From contig CP008936.1 of assembly GCA_000743035.1 (NCBI GenBank), forward strand, positions 1,690,348 to 1,722,347: a DNA stretch of 32,000 bases, read 5' to 3'. The position numbers were made by a program, and so were the translations under genes. The notes below the pieces were generated by a model. It was not told the origin of the DNA and ran no database searches. It saw nothing but the letters and a program-made list of their open reading frames with translations. This stretch comes from Candidatus Paracaedimonas acanthamoebae (GTDB lineage: Bacteria; Pseudomonadota; Alphaproteobacteria; Caedimonadales; Caedimonadaceae). Shown here in pieces: positions 8,184-16,717 of the stretch. The stretch's first letter is position 1. Every line of letters begins with the position of its first letter.

Positions 8184-9094
8184 CAGTTTTTCTCTTCTAT
8201 AAGCGAAGTTAAGGGAGTTGGATTTATCCTTTGCAACAAAAAATCCTTTAGTGAAGTAATGGCCTTGCTATCTTTCATGTTCTCTTTATAGATGTAATAC
8301 AGTTCAACAACTGGCGCCTGAAGGCTAGGCAAAATATTAATTAAGTTAGAAGACTTAACACTAGGCCATTCTCCTGATAGTTCAGCAATACCAATCCCTT
8401 TTTTTGCCGCGTTCACAAGGCCTTCGAGGCTATTTATCTTCAAATATGGTTTTCGAATATGATGAGGTTTTGCGCCTACCGTCAAAATCCAACTACAATT
8501 ACCATAAGGACTAATGATGTTATCACCATAAGAAATAATACGGTGATGATTAAGTTCTTCGGCGCTTTTAGGGATGCCATATCTTTCAAGATATAAATGG
8601 CTTGCCCATAATCCCATCGGAAAAGATTTTAAAGGGTGCTGTATCAAATTTGGGTGATGAGGAATATAAGTACAGATAGCGACATCAGCTTCTTGTAAAT
8701 CAATGTTTTCCATTTTACATAAAATTCTCAGGTGAACGTCGGGGTAAACTTCAAGATACTTTCCCAAATAACTCATCAACCATGTAGAACCCACATGAGG
8801 CGTTGTAATAATCCTGAGCTCATGATTAGCCCCCTCGCTTTTATCATGGAAAGACGTCAAAAATGCTTCATTCTTAAGCATCAGCTTTGAGGCATGGTGA
8901 AAAAGCTTTTCCCCTTCAAAGGTTAAAGTGAGACCTCGTGGATGCCGTTCAAAGAGCATTGTCTTCATTTGATATTCAAAATTTTGCATCGATCGGCTTA
9001 AAGACGATTGGCTTGTGTTTAAGAAGTCGGCCGCTTTAGTGAAATTGCCAAACTTTGCAACGGTATAAAAAAGCTTGAGTTTTGCAAGATCCAT
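8183..9094 (-). CDS. LysR-family transcriptional regulator (paralog 1 of a tandem pair)
   Basis: Same architecture, and by eye about three quarters of residues are identical to the downstream paralog. GAGGAAAAGG RBS lies upstream of the ATG at 9094. Confidence 0.9.
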   Translation of the reverse strand: MDLAKLKLFYTVAKFGNFTKAADFLNTSQSSLSRSMQNFEYQMKTMLFERHPRGLTLTFEGEKLFHHASKLMLKNEAFLTSFHDKSEGANHELRIITTPHVGSTWLMSYLGKYLEVYPDVHLRILCKMENIDLQEADVAICTYIPHHPNLIQHPLKSFPMGLWASHLYLERYGIPKSAEELNHHRIISYGDNIISPYGNCSWILTVGAKPHHIRKPYLKINSLEGLVNAAKKGIGIAELSGEWPSVKSSNLINILPSLQAPVVELYYIYKENMKDSKAITSLKDFLLQRINPTPLTSLIEEKN

Positions 9095-9508
9095 GAGTTT
9101 TCCTTTTCCTCTTCATTATTTAAACATATAAGAGAAAATAATGAAATATCAATAAAGGTTGATAATAAGTCGTTGTATAATGGTAAAAATATTTTTTTAT
9201 TCATGGAGGTATAGGATGTTTTATAATGTTGTTATATCGAAAATGCATGTCTATCATCTCAAAAGAACAGTGGTAGCTTGAAGAGCCGTTGATTACAGTT
9301 TAATTGTGGTGCCGACATAAAACGGTCCACACTATAGAAGAATCGGTTTCCCTTTTTCTCCCCCTTATATAGCCGATTCTTCTCCCTCCCCTAATGTGCC
9401 AGAGGCTTTTATGCCTCTGGACTTACTTTAAATTCCCTTAATAAATAATTTATGACATGAGATTAAAAATAAGGTGCCATTCTCCTCTATAAAGTCACCC
9501 TGTTTATT

Positions 9509-9534
9509 AAAAATGTTTCACGTGAAACATTTTT
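9509..9534. repeat. palindrome family copy 4: AAAAATGTTTCACGTGAAACATTTTT (26-bp perfect palindrome), in the LysR/hslU gap
   Basis: Read directly and symmetry checked base by base. Confidence 0.95.
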
Positions 9535-9660
9535 TAAGAAGATTCCATTAACCCCCTTTCAAAACGAGTTTTTTATATTTTCTTGATGCTTGTAATGGTT
9601 TCAAAAGAACATTATTCTAATTTTTATCAAAAGGTTATAAAGTCACCCACTATATTACAG

Positions 9661-9686
9661 TGTCATCCCCGCGAAGGCGGGTTCCA
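9661..9686 (+). repeat. GC-rich hairpin repeat, copy A (TGTCATCCCCGCGAAGGCGGGTTCCA)
   Basis: CCCGC-GAAG-GCGGG stem-loop at 9668..9681. Near-identical to copy B, 125 bp downstream. Confidence 0.8.
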
Positions 9687-9785
9687 GAAATGTTGAGAGA
9701 TATTGAATGGTGATAGGCAAGATCTTTATGTTGCTTGAGATCCTTGGGACAAGCCCAAGGATGACCTGGATTGAAATCTGTCGTT

Positions 9786-9812
9786 TGTCACCCCCGCGAA
9801 GGCGGGGATCCA
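9786..9812 (+). repeat. GC-rich hairpin repeat, copy B (TGTCACCCCCGCGAAGGCGGGGATCCA)
   Basis: CCCCGC-GAAG-GCGGGG stem-loop at 9792..9807. Same orientation as copy A. Confidence 0.8.
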
Positions 9813-9848
9813 AAAAAGTCATTCATCAGCATGCTTGACGCAAGTACC

Positions 9849-11159
9849 TTATAAAATAAATTTTGAAAGATCAGTATTCTTAGCGAGTTCTTGAACCGTT
9901 TCACGAACGTATTGGGGAGTAATATCAATCGTTTCCCCCCCACGATCGCTTGCGGTGAAGCTGATCTCTTCAAGAAGCTTTTCAAGGATCGTATGAAGGC
10001 GACGCGCGCCAATGTTTTCAACGTTTTGATTTACTTCAGCGGCCAGCGCTGCAATTTCTTGAATGGCATCGGCTTGAAAGCCAAGAATCACGCCTTCTGT
10101 TGCAAGAAGCGCCTCATATTGCTTAATAAGACTAGTCTCAGGTTCTGTCAGGATTTGGACAAAGTCTTCTTTCTTTAACGCGTTGAGTTCAACGCGAATG
10201 GGTAAGCGACCTTGAAGCTCAGGCAGGAGATCTGAAGGTTTTGCTAAATGAAAGGCGCCTGACGCAATAAAGAGGATATGATCCGTTTTCACGGTGCCAT
10301 GCTTCGTTGCAACAGAGGTACCTTCAATCAAAGGCAAAAGATCACGCTGCACACCTTCTCGGCTGACGTCTGCGCCATGACGATCTGAACGCGCACAAAT
10401 CTTATCGATTTCATCAATAAAAACAATGCCATTTTGCTCAACTGACGTGATGGCTTCTTGAACGGTTTTCTCAAGATCGATGAGCTTGTCGCTTTCCTCT
10501 ACAATCAAAAGCTCAAGCGCTTCAGAAACAGGCATTTTACGTGTTTTAGTCCTGTTGCCAAACGCTTTGCCAAAGACATCGCCGAGGTTCAGCATCCCCA
10601 TTTGGGCACCGGGCATGCCAGGAACATCAACAGTTGGCATTTGAAGGCCGGCAGTATCAGAGACTTCAATTTCAATCTCACGCTCACTAAGCTTACCTTC
10701 ATGCAGCATGCGACGGAATTTTTCTTGGGTCTCTTCAGAGGCATTTTCGCCTACGAGAACTTGCAGAATGCGTTCTTCGGCATTGATCTCAGCTTTTGCT
10801 TGAACCTCTTTCCTATGGCGGTCTTTCTGGGCATGGATGGCAATTTCAATGAGGTCGCGAACAATTTGTTCAACATCGCGGCCAACATACCCAACTTCTG
10901 TGAATTTAGTGGCTTCAACTTTTAAAAAAGGCGCATCAGCAAGTTTGGCAAGGCGTCGCGCAATTTCAGTTTTACCAACACCTGTAGGACCAATCATTAA
11001 GATATTTTTGGGCAAAATTTCTTCGCGAAGCTCTTCTCTCACCTGAAGACGTCGCCAGCGATTGCGTAAGGCAAGGGCAACAGCACGCTTGGCTTCTTTT
11101 TGGCCAACAATAAACCGATCAAGCTCTGAGACAATTTCACGCGGTGTAAAAGATTTCAT
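9849..11159 (-). CDS. hslU: ATP-dependent protease ATPase subunit HslU
   Basis: MTPREIV-type N-terminus ([17 protein letters not shown]), Walker [16 protein letters not shown], and Walker B/sensor motifs (IVFIDEIDK). Confidence 0.97.
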   Translation of the reverse strand: MKSFTPREIVSELDRFIVGQKEAKRAVALALRNRWRRLQVREELREEILPKNILMIGPTGVGKTEIARRLAKLADAPFLKVEATKFTEVGYVGRDVEQIVRDLIEIAIHAQKDRHRKEVQAKAEINAEERILQVLVGENASEETQEKFRRMLHEGKLSEREIEIEVSDTAGLQMPTVDVPGMPGAQMGMLNLGDVFGKAFGNRTKTRKMPVSEALELLIVEESDKLIDLEKTVQEAITSVEQNGIVFIDEIDKICARSDRHGADVSREGVQRDLLPLIEGTSVATKHGTVKTDHILFIASGAFHLAKPSDLLPELQGRLPIRVELNALKKEDFVQILTEPETSLIKQYEALLATEGVILGFQADAIQEIAALAAEVNQNVENIGARRLHTILEKLLEEISFTASDRGGETIDITPQYVRETVQELAKNTDLSKFIL

Positions 11160-11710
11160 AGGGCTAACTTTTCTACTGTAATGTTATGATTGGTATAAAT
11201 ACAAAGATCTCCCGCAATTTTCATGGCTTTTCGGGCGATTTCTTCGGCTGAGAGATGGTCAACGTCAATAAGGGCACGGGCAGCAGCCAGCGCATAAGCG
11301 CCTCCGGATCCAATGCCAATGACACCATCTTCAGGCTCTAGGACGTCTCCATTTCCTGTTAAGGTCAGAGAGGTATTGGCATCTGCAACCGCCATTAGAG
11401 CCTCAAGGCGACGCAAGTATTTATCGGTTCGCCAATCTTTTGCGAGCTCAACACACGCTCTCGTTAATTGTGATGGATATTGTTCAAGCTTCGCTTCCAA
11501 TCGTTCAAATAAGGTAAACGCATCCGCAGTTGCTCCTGCAAAGCCTGCAATGACATGACCATTGCCAAGCCTTCTTACTTTTCGAGCTTGAGATTTAATG
11601 GTAATGGCGCCCATTGTTACCTGGCCATCGCCCGCAATGACAACTTCATTCCCTTTACGAATACTAAGGATGGTTGTCCCATGCCATGAGGTGGATTGTT
11701 CTTGTGTCAT
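11156..11710 (-). CDS. hslV: ATP-dependent protease peptidase subunit HslV
   Basis: [10 protein letters not shown] catalytic Thr N-terminus. It overlaps the hslU start by 4 nt. AAGGAG RBS present. Confidence 0.97.
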   Translation of the reverse strand: MTQEQSTSWHGTTILSIRKGNEVVIAGDGQVTMGAITIKSQARKVRRLGNGHVIAGFAGATADAFTLFERLEAKLEQYPSQLTRACVELAKDWRTDKYLRRLEALMAVADANTSLTLTGNGDVLEPEDGVIGIGSGGAYALAAARALIDVDHLSAEEIARKAMKIAGDLCIYTNHNITVEKLAL

Positions 11711-11793
11711 TCAAAGTCTCCTTGACTTTTACGCCTAAAGTATTTCCAAAATAATGTGGTTTTTCAAACAAGTCATATCATTTGGAGGTAAAA

Positions 11794-12159
11794 ATGTCAT
11801 ACGATGAAGGAAACATCTTTGCAAGGATTTTAAGAGGAGAAGTCCCTTGTAAAAAGATCTTTGAGAATAAAGAAGCCCTCGCGTTTCATGATGCTTATCC
11901 TCAAGCGCCTGTCCATGCTCTTGTGATTCCCAAAGCAGCCTATCAAAATGTTTATGAATTTTATCAAAATGCTACGCCAGAACAATTAAAAGGCTTCTCA
12001 GAGGCCATTGTGAATGTCATTGATTTGTTGGGGTTAAAAGAGTATGGCTATCGTATGATTACAAATCATGGCCTTTATGGAGGCCAAGAAGTCCCTCATT
12101 TTCATGTTCATTTGTTGGGCGGTAAACCTTTAGGACGGATGGTCACTGTTCGTGATTAA
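11794..12159 (+). CDS. HIT-family (histidine triad) nucleotide hydrolase
   Basis: Histidine triad PHFHVHLLGG. The ATG at 11794 follows a GGAGG RBS. The ORF-track start at 11782 is a TTG. Confidence 0.9.
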   Translation: MSYDEGNIFARILRGEVPCKKIFENKEALAFHDAYPQAPVHALVIPKAAYQNVYEFYQNATPEQLKGFSEAIVNVIDLLGLKEYGYRMITNHGLYGGQEVPHFHVHLLGGKPLGRMVTVRD

Positions 12160-12176
12160 TTCGCATACTTGATTGG

Positions 12177-15100
12177 ATGAAAAATTTTTCCCTTAAAAAT
12201 GGTGTTTCTTTTGAAGAACTTAAGACATTGGAAGGTCTTAAAAAAGTTGATGCTTCTTTTCTCAGTTTCCTGACCCAGCAAGATCCTTTACAAGGAGCGG
12301 AATATCAGAAAGCTCGATTAACACCTGAAACATTAACCCCCCAAGAGGAAAGTTCTTTTCTTATTAAGGTGGCCACTTTTCTTGAGGATTATCTTGCCGC
12401 TTTATTTGGTATTGAGAAAGAGATTGAGAAGCTTCGAGAGCAGCACACCCTTTTAGACCCTTTATGGCGGTGTAAAAGGCAATTTGTCTTGCGGCGTGTA
12501 GCGCTTAAAAAAAAGGACAGGCCTGCGCAAGCTTTCTCCCCTTCTCTCTTTAAGGAATTTCAAGACAACGAAGATCTTTTGACCCAAGAACTCAACTTTG
12601 CGCAGCAAATCTTAAAGTGGCTCGAAAACGAGGCGCTGAATCACGAAAACCTTGCTCATGCTGTTCATTATGCCGAATGGGCTCTTACCCATCCAGAAGG
12701 CCAGAAAAAACACCAGAAGGGCCTTCTTTTTAAGCTTCCTGCTCGATGGGATTTTGCACGGTTAATTGAGGTTGAGGAAGAAGATAAAGGCTTCACGGTT
12801 CAGCATAACCACAAACGAGAACGAAAAGGATTTCATCACACGGATCCCGGCGTTTCGCTTGCGCATGCTCTTGACCAAGCAACCTATTGCATTAAGTGTC
12901 ACCCTCAAGGCAAAGATTCATGCGCGAAGGGGCTCTTTGAAAAAGGGACAGAGGTGTTACAAAAAAATCCTTTAGGGAATACACTTACAGGCTGCCCTCT
13001 TCAGCAAAAAATTTCAGAGATGAATGAATTAAAAGAAAGGGGCCTTAGTTTAGCCGCTTTTGCAATAATATTACTAGATAACCCGTTGGTGGCGGCCACA
13101 GGACATCGGATCTGCAATGATTGCGCGAAGGCGTGTATTTTTCAAAAGCAAACGCCTGTGGATGTTCCTTCCATTGAAACCCAGATATTAGAAGAAATTC
13201 TTGCTCTACCTTGGGGATTTGAAATGTACGCTCTTCTTGTGCGGTGGAATCCTTTGAATCTGAAAAAGCCTTTTCCTGAAGCTTCAACTGGGCGTAACAC
13301 CCTTGTGGTGGGGATGGGTCCTGCAGGTTTTACCGTGGCTCATTATCTTCTCAGAGATGGGCATACTGTCATTGGCGTTGATGGACTTAAGATTGAGCCG
13401 TTACCACCTCATTTTCACAAGCCTATTTATAATATTAAAGCGCATTTTGAAGATTTAGATCAACGTCTTATTGCAGGATTTGGTGGCGTAGCTGAATACG
13501 GCATTACGGTGCGCTGGCAGAAGAATTATTTACTTTTAATTCGTATTCTTCTTGAGCGACAGGCGAAGTTTCGATTGTTTGGGGGGGTTAGGTTTGGCAG
13601 CCAGCTGACTAAAGAGACAAGTTGGGCGCTTGGATTTCATCATATTGCTTTGTGTTGTGGGGCCGGAAGTCCTCGTTGGCTTTCTCTTAAAAATGGGACC
13701 GCCCCTGGCGTTCGTTTAGCTCAAGATTTTTTGATGGGATTACAATTGACAGGGGCAAGCCGCTCTTCTTCTTTTTCGTCCCTCACGATTAGGCTTCCTA
13801 TCGTTGTTATTGGAGGGGGATTAACAGCAATCGATGCAGCAACAGAAGCCTTAGCTTATTATCCTCTTCAAGTGAAAAAATTTTCTGACCGATACCATGC
13901 CCTTGTCGAGAAATTAGGTTACGAAGAGGTCACACGAGATTGGCAAGTAGAAGATCATGCAATTGCGCAAGAATTTTTAGCTCATGCACGTCTATTCATG
14001 CAGACTAAAAACACCCTTCAAGAAACTTTAGAGAGCCTGGGTGGGGCCACGATTCTTTATCGAAAGAATTTAACCGATGCGCCTAGTTATCGACTTAATC
14101 ATGAAGAAGTCTTTAAAGCCATGCAAGAAGGTGTAAAATTCTTACTAGATGCTCTTCCTTTAGAAGTCATCGTTGATTCTTATGGTTATGCAAAAAGCCT
14201 TAAAATACGTCACAAAGCTCAAGAAGAAGAGATGGTCGCGCGGACGATTTTAATCGCGACAGGCGCAACCCCAAATACACAAGTCGCTGAGGAGGATCCT
14301 GATAGTTTTGCCACGGCTGAGGAATATTTAAAGCCCTTAATGCCGGGGAGTTGCATAGTATATCAAGAGGGTGAAGGGCGGGCTATCAGTCATTTTGGAG
14401 ATCTTCATGCGCGCTATGCTGGCAGTGTCGTCAAAGCCATGGCAAGCGCAAAGCAAGGTGTTCCCTTGATCTCGGACACTCTTTTAAAAATTAAGGTAAC
14501 TCAGGAGGATACGTCAGTTTTTATCCGCCGGATTGAGCACGCTTTAACATCAAAACTTGTGGCTGTGACTCGTTTAACGCCAGATGTTCACGAGCTTATT
14601 ATATCTGCACCTGCTGCAGCACAAAACTTTCAACCAGGACAATTTTTTCGCCTACAAAATTATGAAGACTTAGCTCCTCGGATTCATCATCCTCCTTTAG
14701 TGATGGAAAATATGGCTGTTCGAGGTGCCTGGGTCGATAAAGATCAAGGTCTTATCCATGGGATTATTTCTAACGCAGGGGCTTCTTCATTGATCAGTCG
14801 ATATTTAAAGCCAGGCGACCCTATTGTTTTCATGGGACCGACGGGAGCACCCCTTGCAATTCCTGACCAAGAAAAAGTGCTTTTAATTGGAGAAGGTCAT
14901 GCAAATACAGGGTTGTTAGAAATCGGAAAAGCCATGCAAAAGGCCGGTAATGATGTGCATTATTTGATGGGATATCCCCATCCAAAAGAGGTTATCTATC
15001 AAGAAAAAGCTGAACAAACCTCAGATGTTATCTATTGGACATTTACGCAACCCGTTGATGATTGGTCTCGACGACCCCAAGATCATCTTTATCAAGGAAC

Positions 15101-15500
15101 GATCATAGAGACCTTATATAAGCTTGTGGAAACACAACAATTAATGGATGTAGATCACTTATTTATTATTGCTTCTGTAAAAACAATGGCGGCGGTGGAA
15201 CAGATGCGTCCTTTGTTGAGTAAGTCTTTGCTTAAGACCTCTTGTAACATGACTGCAAGTGTAAGCGCTCCCATGCAATGTATGATGAAGGGGGTGTGTG
15301 GCCAATGCCTCCAGCGCCACAAAGATCCTTTAACCGGCCTAGAAAACATGGTGTTGTCGTGCCGTACTCAAGATCAATCTCTAGAGAAGATTGATTTTGA
15401 AAGCCTTCAAGGGCGCCTTAAGCAAAATAGCCTACAGGAAAAAGTGAATGCCTTATGGCTGAGGGAGTATATGTGGCATTTCGATGAAGCGTACCACTGA
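12177..15500 (+). CDS. large fused FAD/NAD(P)- and Fe-S-binding oxidoreductase: unassigned N-terminal ~230 aa, then a GltD/NfnB-like module, then a PyrK/NfnA-like ferredoxin-reductase module
   Basis: Cys clusters CIKCHPQGKDSC and CNDCAKAC precede the dinucleotide fold VVGMGPAGFTVAHYLLRDGHTVIGVD. A second Rossmann segment is VVIGGGLTAIDAA. The C-terminal FNR-like part has QPGQFFRL, FMGPTG and LLIGEG, and ends in the PyrK-type cluster CMMKGVCGQC...SC. Confidence 0.7.
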   Translation: MKNFSLKNGVSFEELKTLEGLKKVDASFLSFLTQQDPLQGAEYQKARLTPETLTPQEESSFLIKVATFLEDYLAALFGIEKEIEKLREQHTLLDPLWRCKRQFVLRRVALKKKDRPAQAFSPSLFKEFQDNEDLLTQELNFAQQILKWLENEALNHENLAHAVHYAEWALTHPEGQKKHQKGLLFKLPARWDFARLIEVEEEDKGFTVQHNHKRERKGFHHTDPGVSLAHALDQATYCIKCHPQGKDSCAKGLFEKGTEVLQKNPLGNTLTGCPLQQKISEMNELKERGLSLAAFAIILLDNPLVAATGHRICNDCAKACIFQKQTPVDVPSIETQILEEILALPWGFEMYALLVRWNPLNLKKPFPEASTGRNTLVVGMGPAGFTVAHYLLRDGHTVIGVDGLKIEPLPPHFHKPIYNIKAHFEDLDQRLIAGFGGVAEYGITVRWQKNYLLLIRILLERQAKFRLFGGVRFGSQLTKETSWALGFHHIALCCGAGSPRWLSLKNGTAPGVRLAQDFLMGLQLTGASRSSSFSSLTIRLPIVVIGGGLTAIDAATEALAYYPLQVKKFSDRYHALVEKLGYEEVTRDWQVEDHAIAQEFLAHARLFMQTKNTLQETLESLGGATILYRKNLTDAPSYRLNHEEVFKAMQEGVKFLLDALPLEVIVDSYGYAKSLKIRHKAQEEEMVARTILIATGATPNTQVAEEDPDSFATAEEYLKPLMPGSCIVYQEGEGRAISHFGDLHARYAGSVVKAMASAKQGVPLISDTLLKIKVTQEDTSVFIRRIEHALTSKLVAVTRLTPDVHELIISAPAAAQNFQPGQFFRLQNYEDLAPRIHHPPLVMENMAVRGAWVDKDQGLIHGIISNAGASSLISRYLKPGDPIVFMGPTGAPLAIPDQEKVLLIGEGHANTGLLEIGKAMQKAGNDVHYLMGYPHPKEVIYQEKAEQTSDVIYWTFTQPVDDWSRRPQDHLYQGTIIETLYKLVETQQLMDVDHLFIIASVKTMAAVEQMRPLLSKSLLKTSCNMTASVSAPMQCMMKGVCGQCLQRHKDPLTGLENMVLSCRTQDQSLEKIDFESLQGRLKQNSLQEKVNALWLREYMWHFDEAYH

Positions 15501-15584
15501 AGGTTTTAGTCTTAAATTGACAGAAAGTCTCATTGGTGAATAATATTAAAACTAATCTTAACCTTACCAAGAAAGAAGACCTCC

Positions 15585-16559
15585 ATGAAAAAGCGATTTC
15601 TCTTACTCTCACTTTTATCTCTTGCTGGCGTTAAGAGTGTTGGTGCCACCGCAATTGAAAGTATTTTTCCTGAAGCTTTTAAGCCAAGAATAACTATCCA
15701 AGAAAAAGATATTTATGGGGTACAAGGCTATCAAGTGCAAGAATTCATAGGAAGTGAGGTCAATAGGAACCATTGGGATAGCCGCGGAGACCAAACAATC
15801 CAATCTCTTGTAATGCATTATACGGTTTGTGATTATCCAACCACGATGCGGTTATTTACAGCAAACATCCCTGATGGGCGTGTCAGTGCCCACTATGTCA
15901 TTACTGAAAAAGAAGAAGTGAATGCCGTTAAAGGAGGCGTTGTCACTCAACTTGTCCCAGAAGAAAAGCGGGCTTGGCACGCTGGGGCCAGTTATTGGAG
16001 AGGAATTCAAAATCTTAATGCTTCTTCGATTGGTGTTGAAAATGTGAATAAAGGTTTTATTGAAAGTGGTGGGAAACGACAATGGTTTGCATTTGATCCT
16101 GATCAAATTGCCACGTTAGGTCAACTGAGTGCAGGAATTGTTGAAAAATATAATATTTCTCCTGAAAATGTTGTTGGACATGCTGATATTGTGCCTGATA
16201 AGAAATCAGATCCTGGTATCTTATTTCCTTGGGAAGAGCTTTATACACAATATGGGGTAGGTGCTTGGCTTACTGAAAAAGAAAGAAGCAACCCCACATT
16301 TATATCAGAGGGATACCTTCCGAAAGAACCGCTTCCTCAAGGTATCAGCGAGGCTTTCTTTTTAAATGCTTTGCGGGCGTATGGGTATCAATGTCCTGAG
16401 AGTGCCTACATTACGCCAGCGCATGAGCCTGTTATCAAAGCTTTTAAAGCTCATTTTTCGCATAATCAAAAGCCTGACCATTACACGGCAACCCTTGATA
16501 AAACAGCCATGGTATGGGCCTGGGGTTTAAGTGCCAAATATCCTCAAGAAGAAAAATAG
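15585..16559 (+). CDS. secreted N-acetylmuramoyl-L-alanine amidase (Amidase_2/PGRP, AmpD/AmiD type) with a C-terminal peptidoglycan-binding-like tail
   Basis: Signal peptide MKKRFLLLSLLSLAGVKSVGA. Amidase_2 motifs: LVMHYT, SAHYVI, RAWHAGASYWRG, IGVENVN, VVGHADIVPDKKSDPG. Confidence 0.85.
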   Translation: MKKRFLLLSLLSLAGVKSVGATAIESIFPEAFKPRITIQEKDIYGVQGYQVQEFIGSEVNRNHWDSRGDQTIQSLVMHYTVCDYPTTMRLFTANIPDGRVSAHYVITEKEEVNAVKGGVVTQLVPEEKRAWHAGASYWRGIQNLNASSIGVENVNKGFIESGGKRQWFAFDPDQIATLGQLSAGIVEKYNISPENVVGHADIVPDKKSDPGILFPWEELYTQYGVGAWLTEKERSNPTFISEGYLPKEPLPQGISEAFFLNALRAYGYQCPESAYITPAHEPVIKAFKAHFSHNQKPDHYTATLDKTAMVWAWGLSAKYPQEEK

Positions 16560-16717
16560 CCTGCAAGAGAAGGTCAATACCTTATGGCTTCGTCATTTAT
16601 TGAAAACTCAGATTCGAGCATAAATATTTAGAAATAAAAGGTATTTTTAAACTCGAAGTTCATTATATTTTTAAATTAAATGATTTCTAAACTTTATTGT
16701 GAAGGAAGGAGATTTTT

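Noticed and set aside
6340-9648. Short exact repeats near the palindromes: ATCAAAAGGTTAT (6340-6352 and 9626-9638) and ATAAAGTCACCC (9489-9500 and 9637-9648)
   Set aside because: For 12-13-mers, the expected number of chance identical pairs in 32 kb is several (about 5e8 position pairs against 4^12-4^13 words), and more in AT-rich DNA. They are not significant on their own.
9019-10021. Minus-strand ORFs 9019..9204 and 9788..10021
   Set aside because: The first is an upstream extension frame overlapping the LysR 5' end. The second runs through GC-hairpin repeat copy B (giving ...GSPPSRG) and overlaps the hslU 3' end in another frame. Both look like artefacts of repeats or overlap.
9891-11046. 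Plus-strand ORFs of 69-155 aa (9891..10178, 10458..10925, 10837..11046) antisense to hslU
   Set aside because: They are shadow ORFs inside a strongly supported, highly conserved gene. They have no RBS and no recognisable sequence. The same reasoning applies to the antisense ORFs within hemE, hslV, sdhA, comM, gshB, the amidase gene and the 1107-aa gene.
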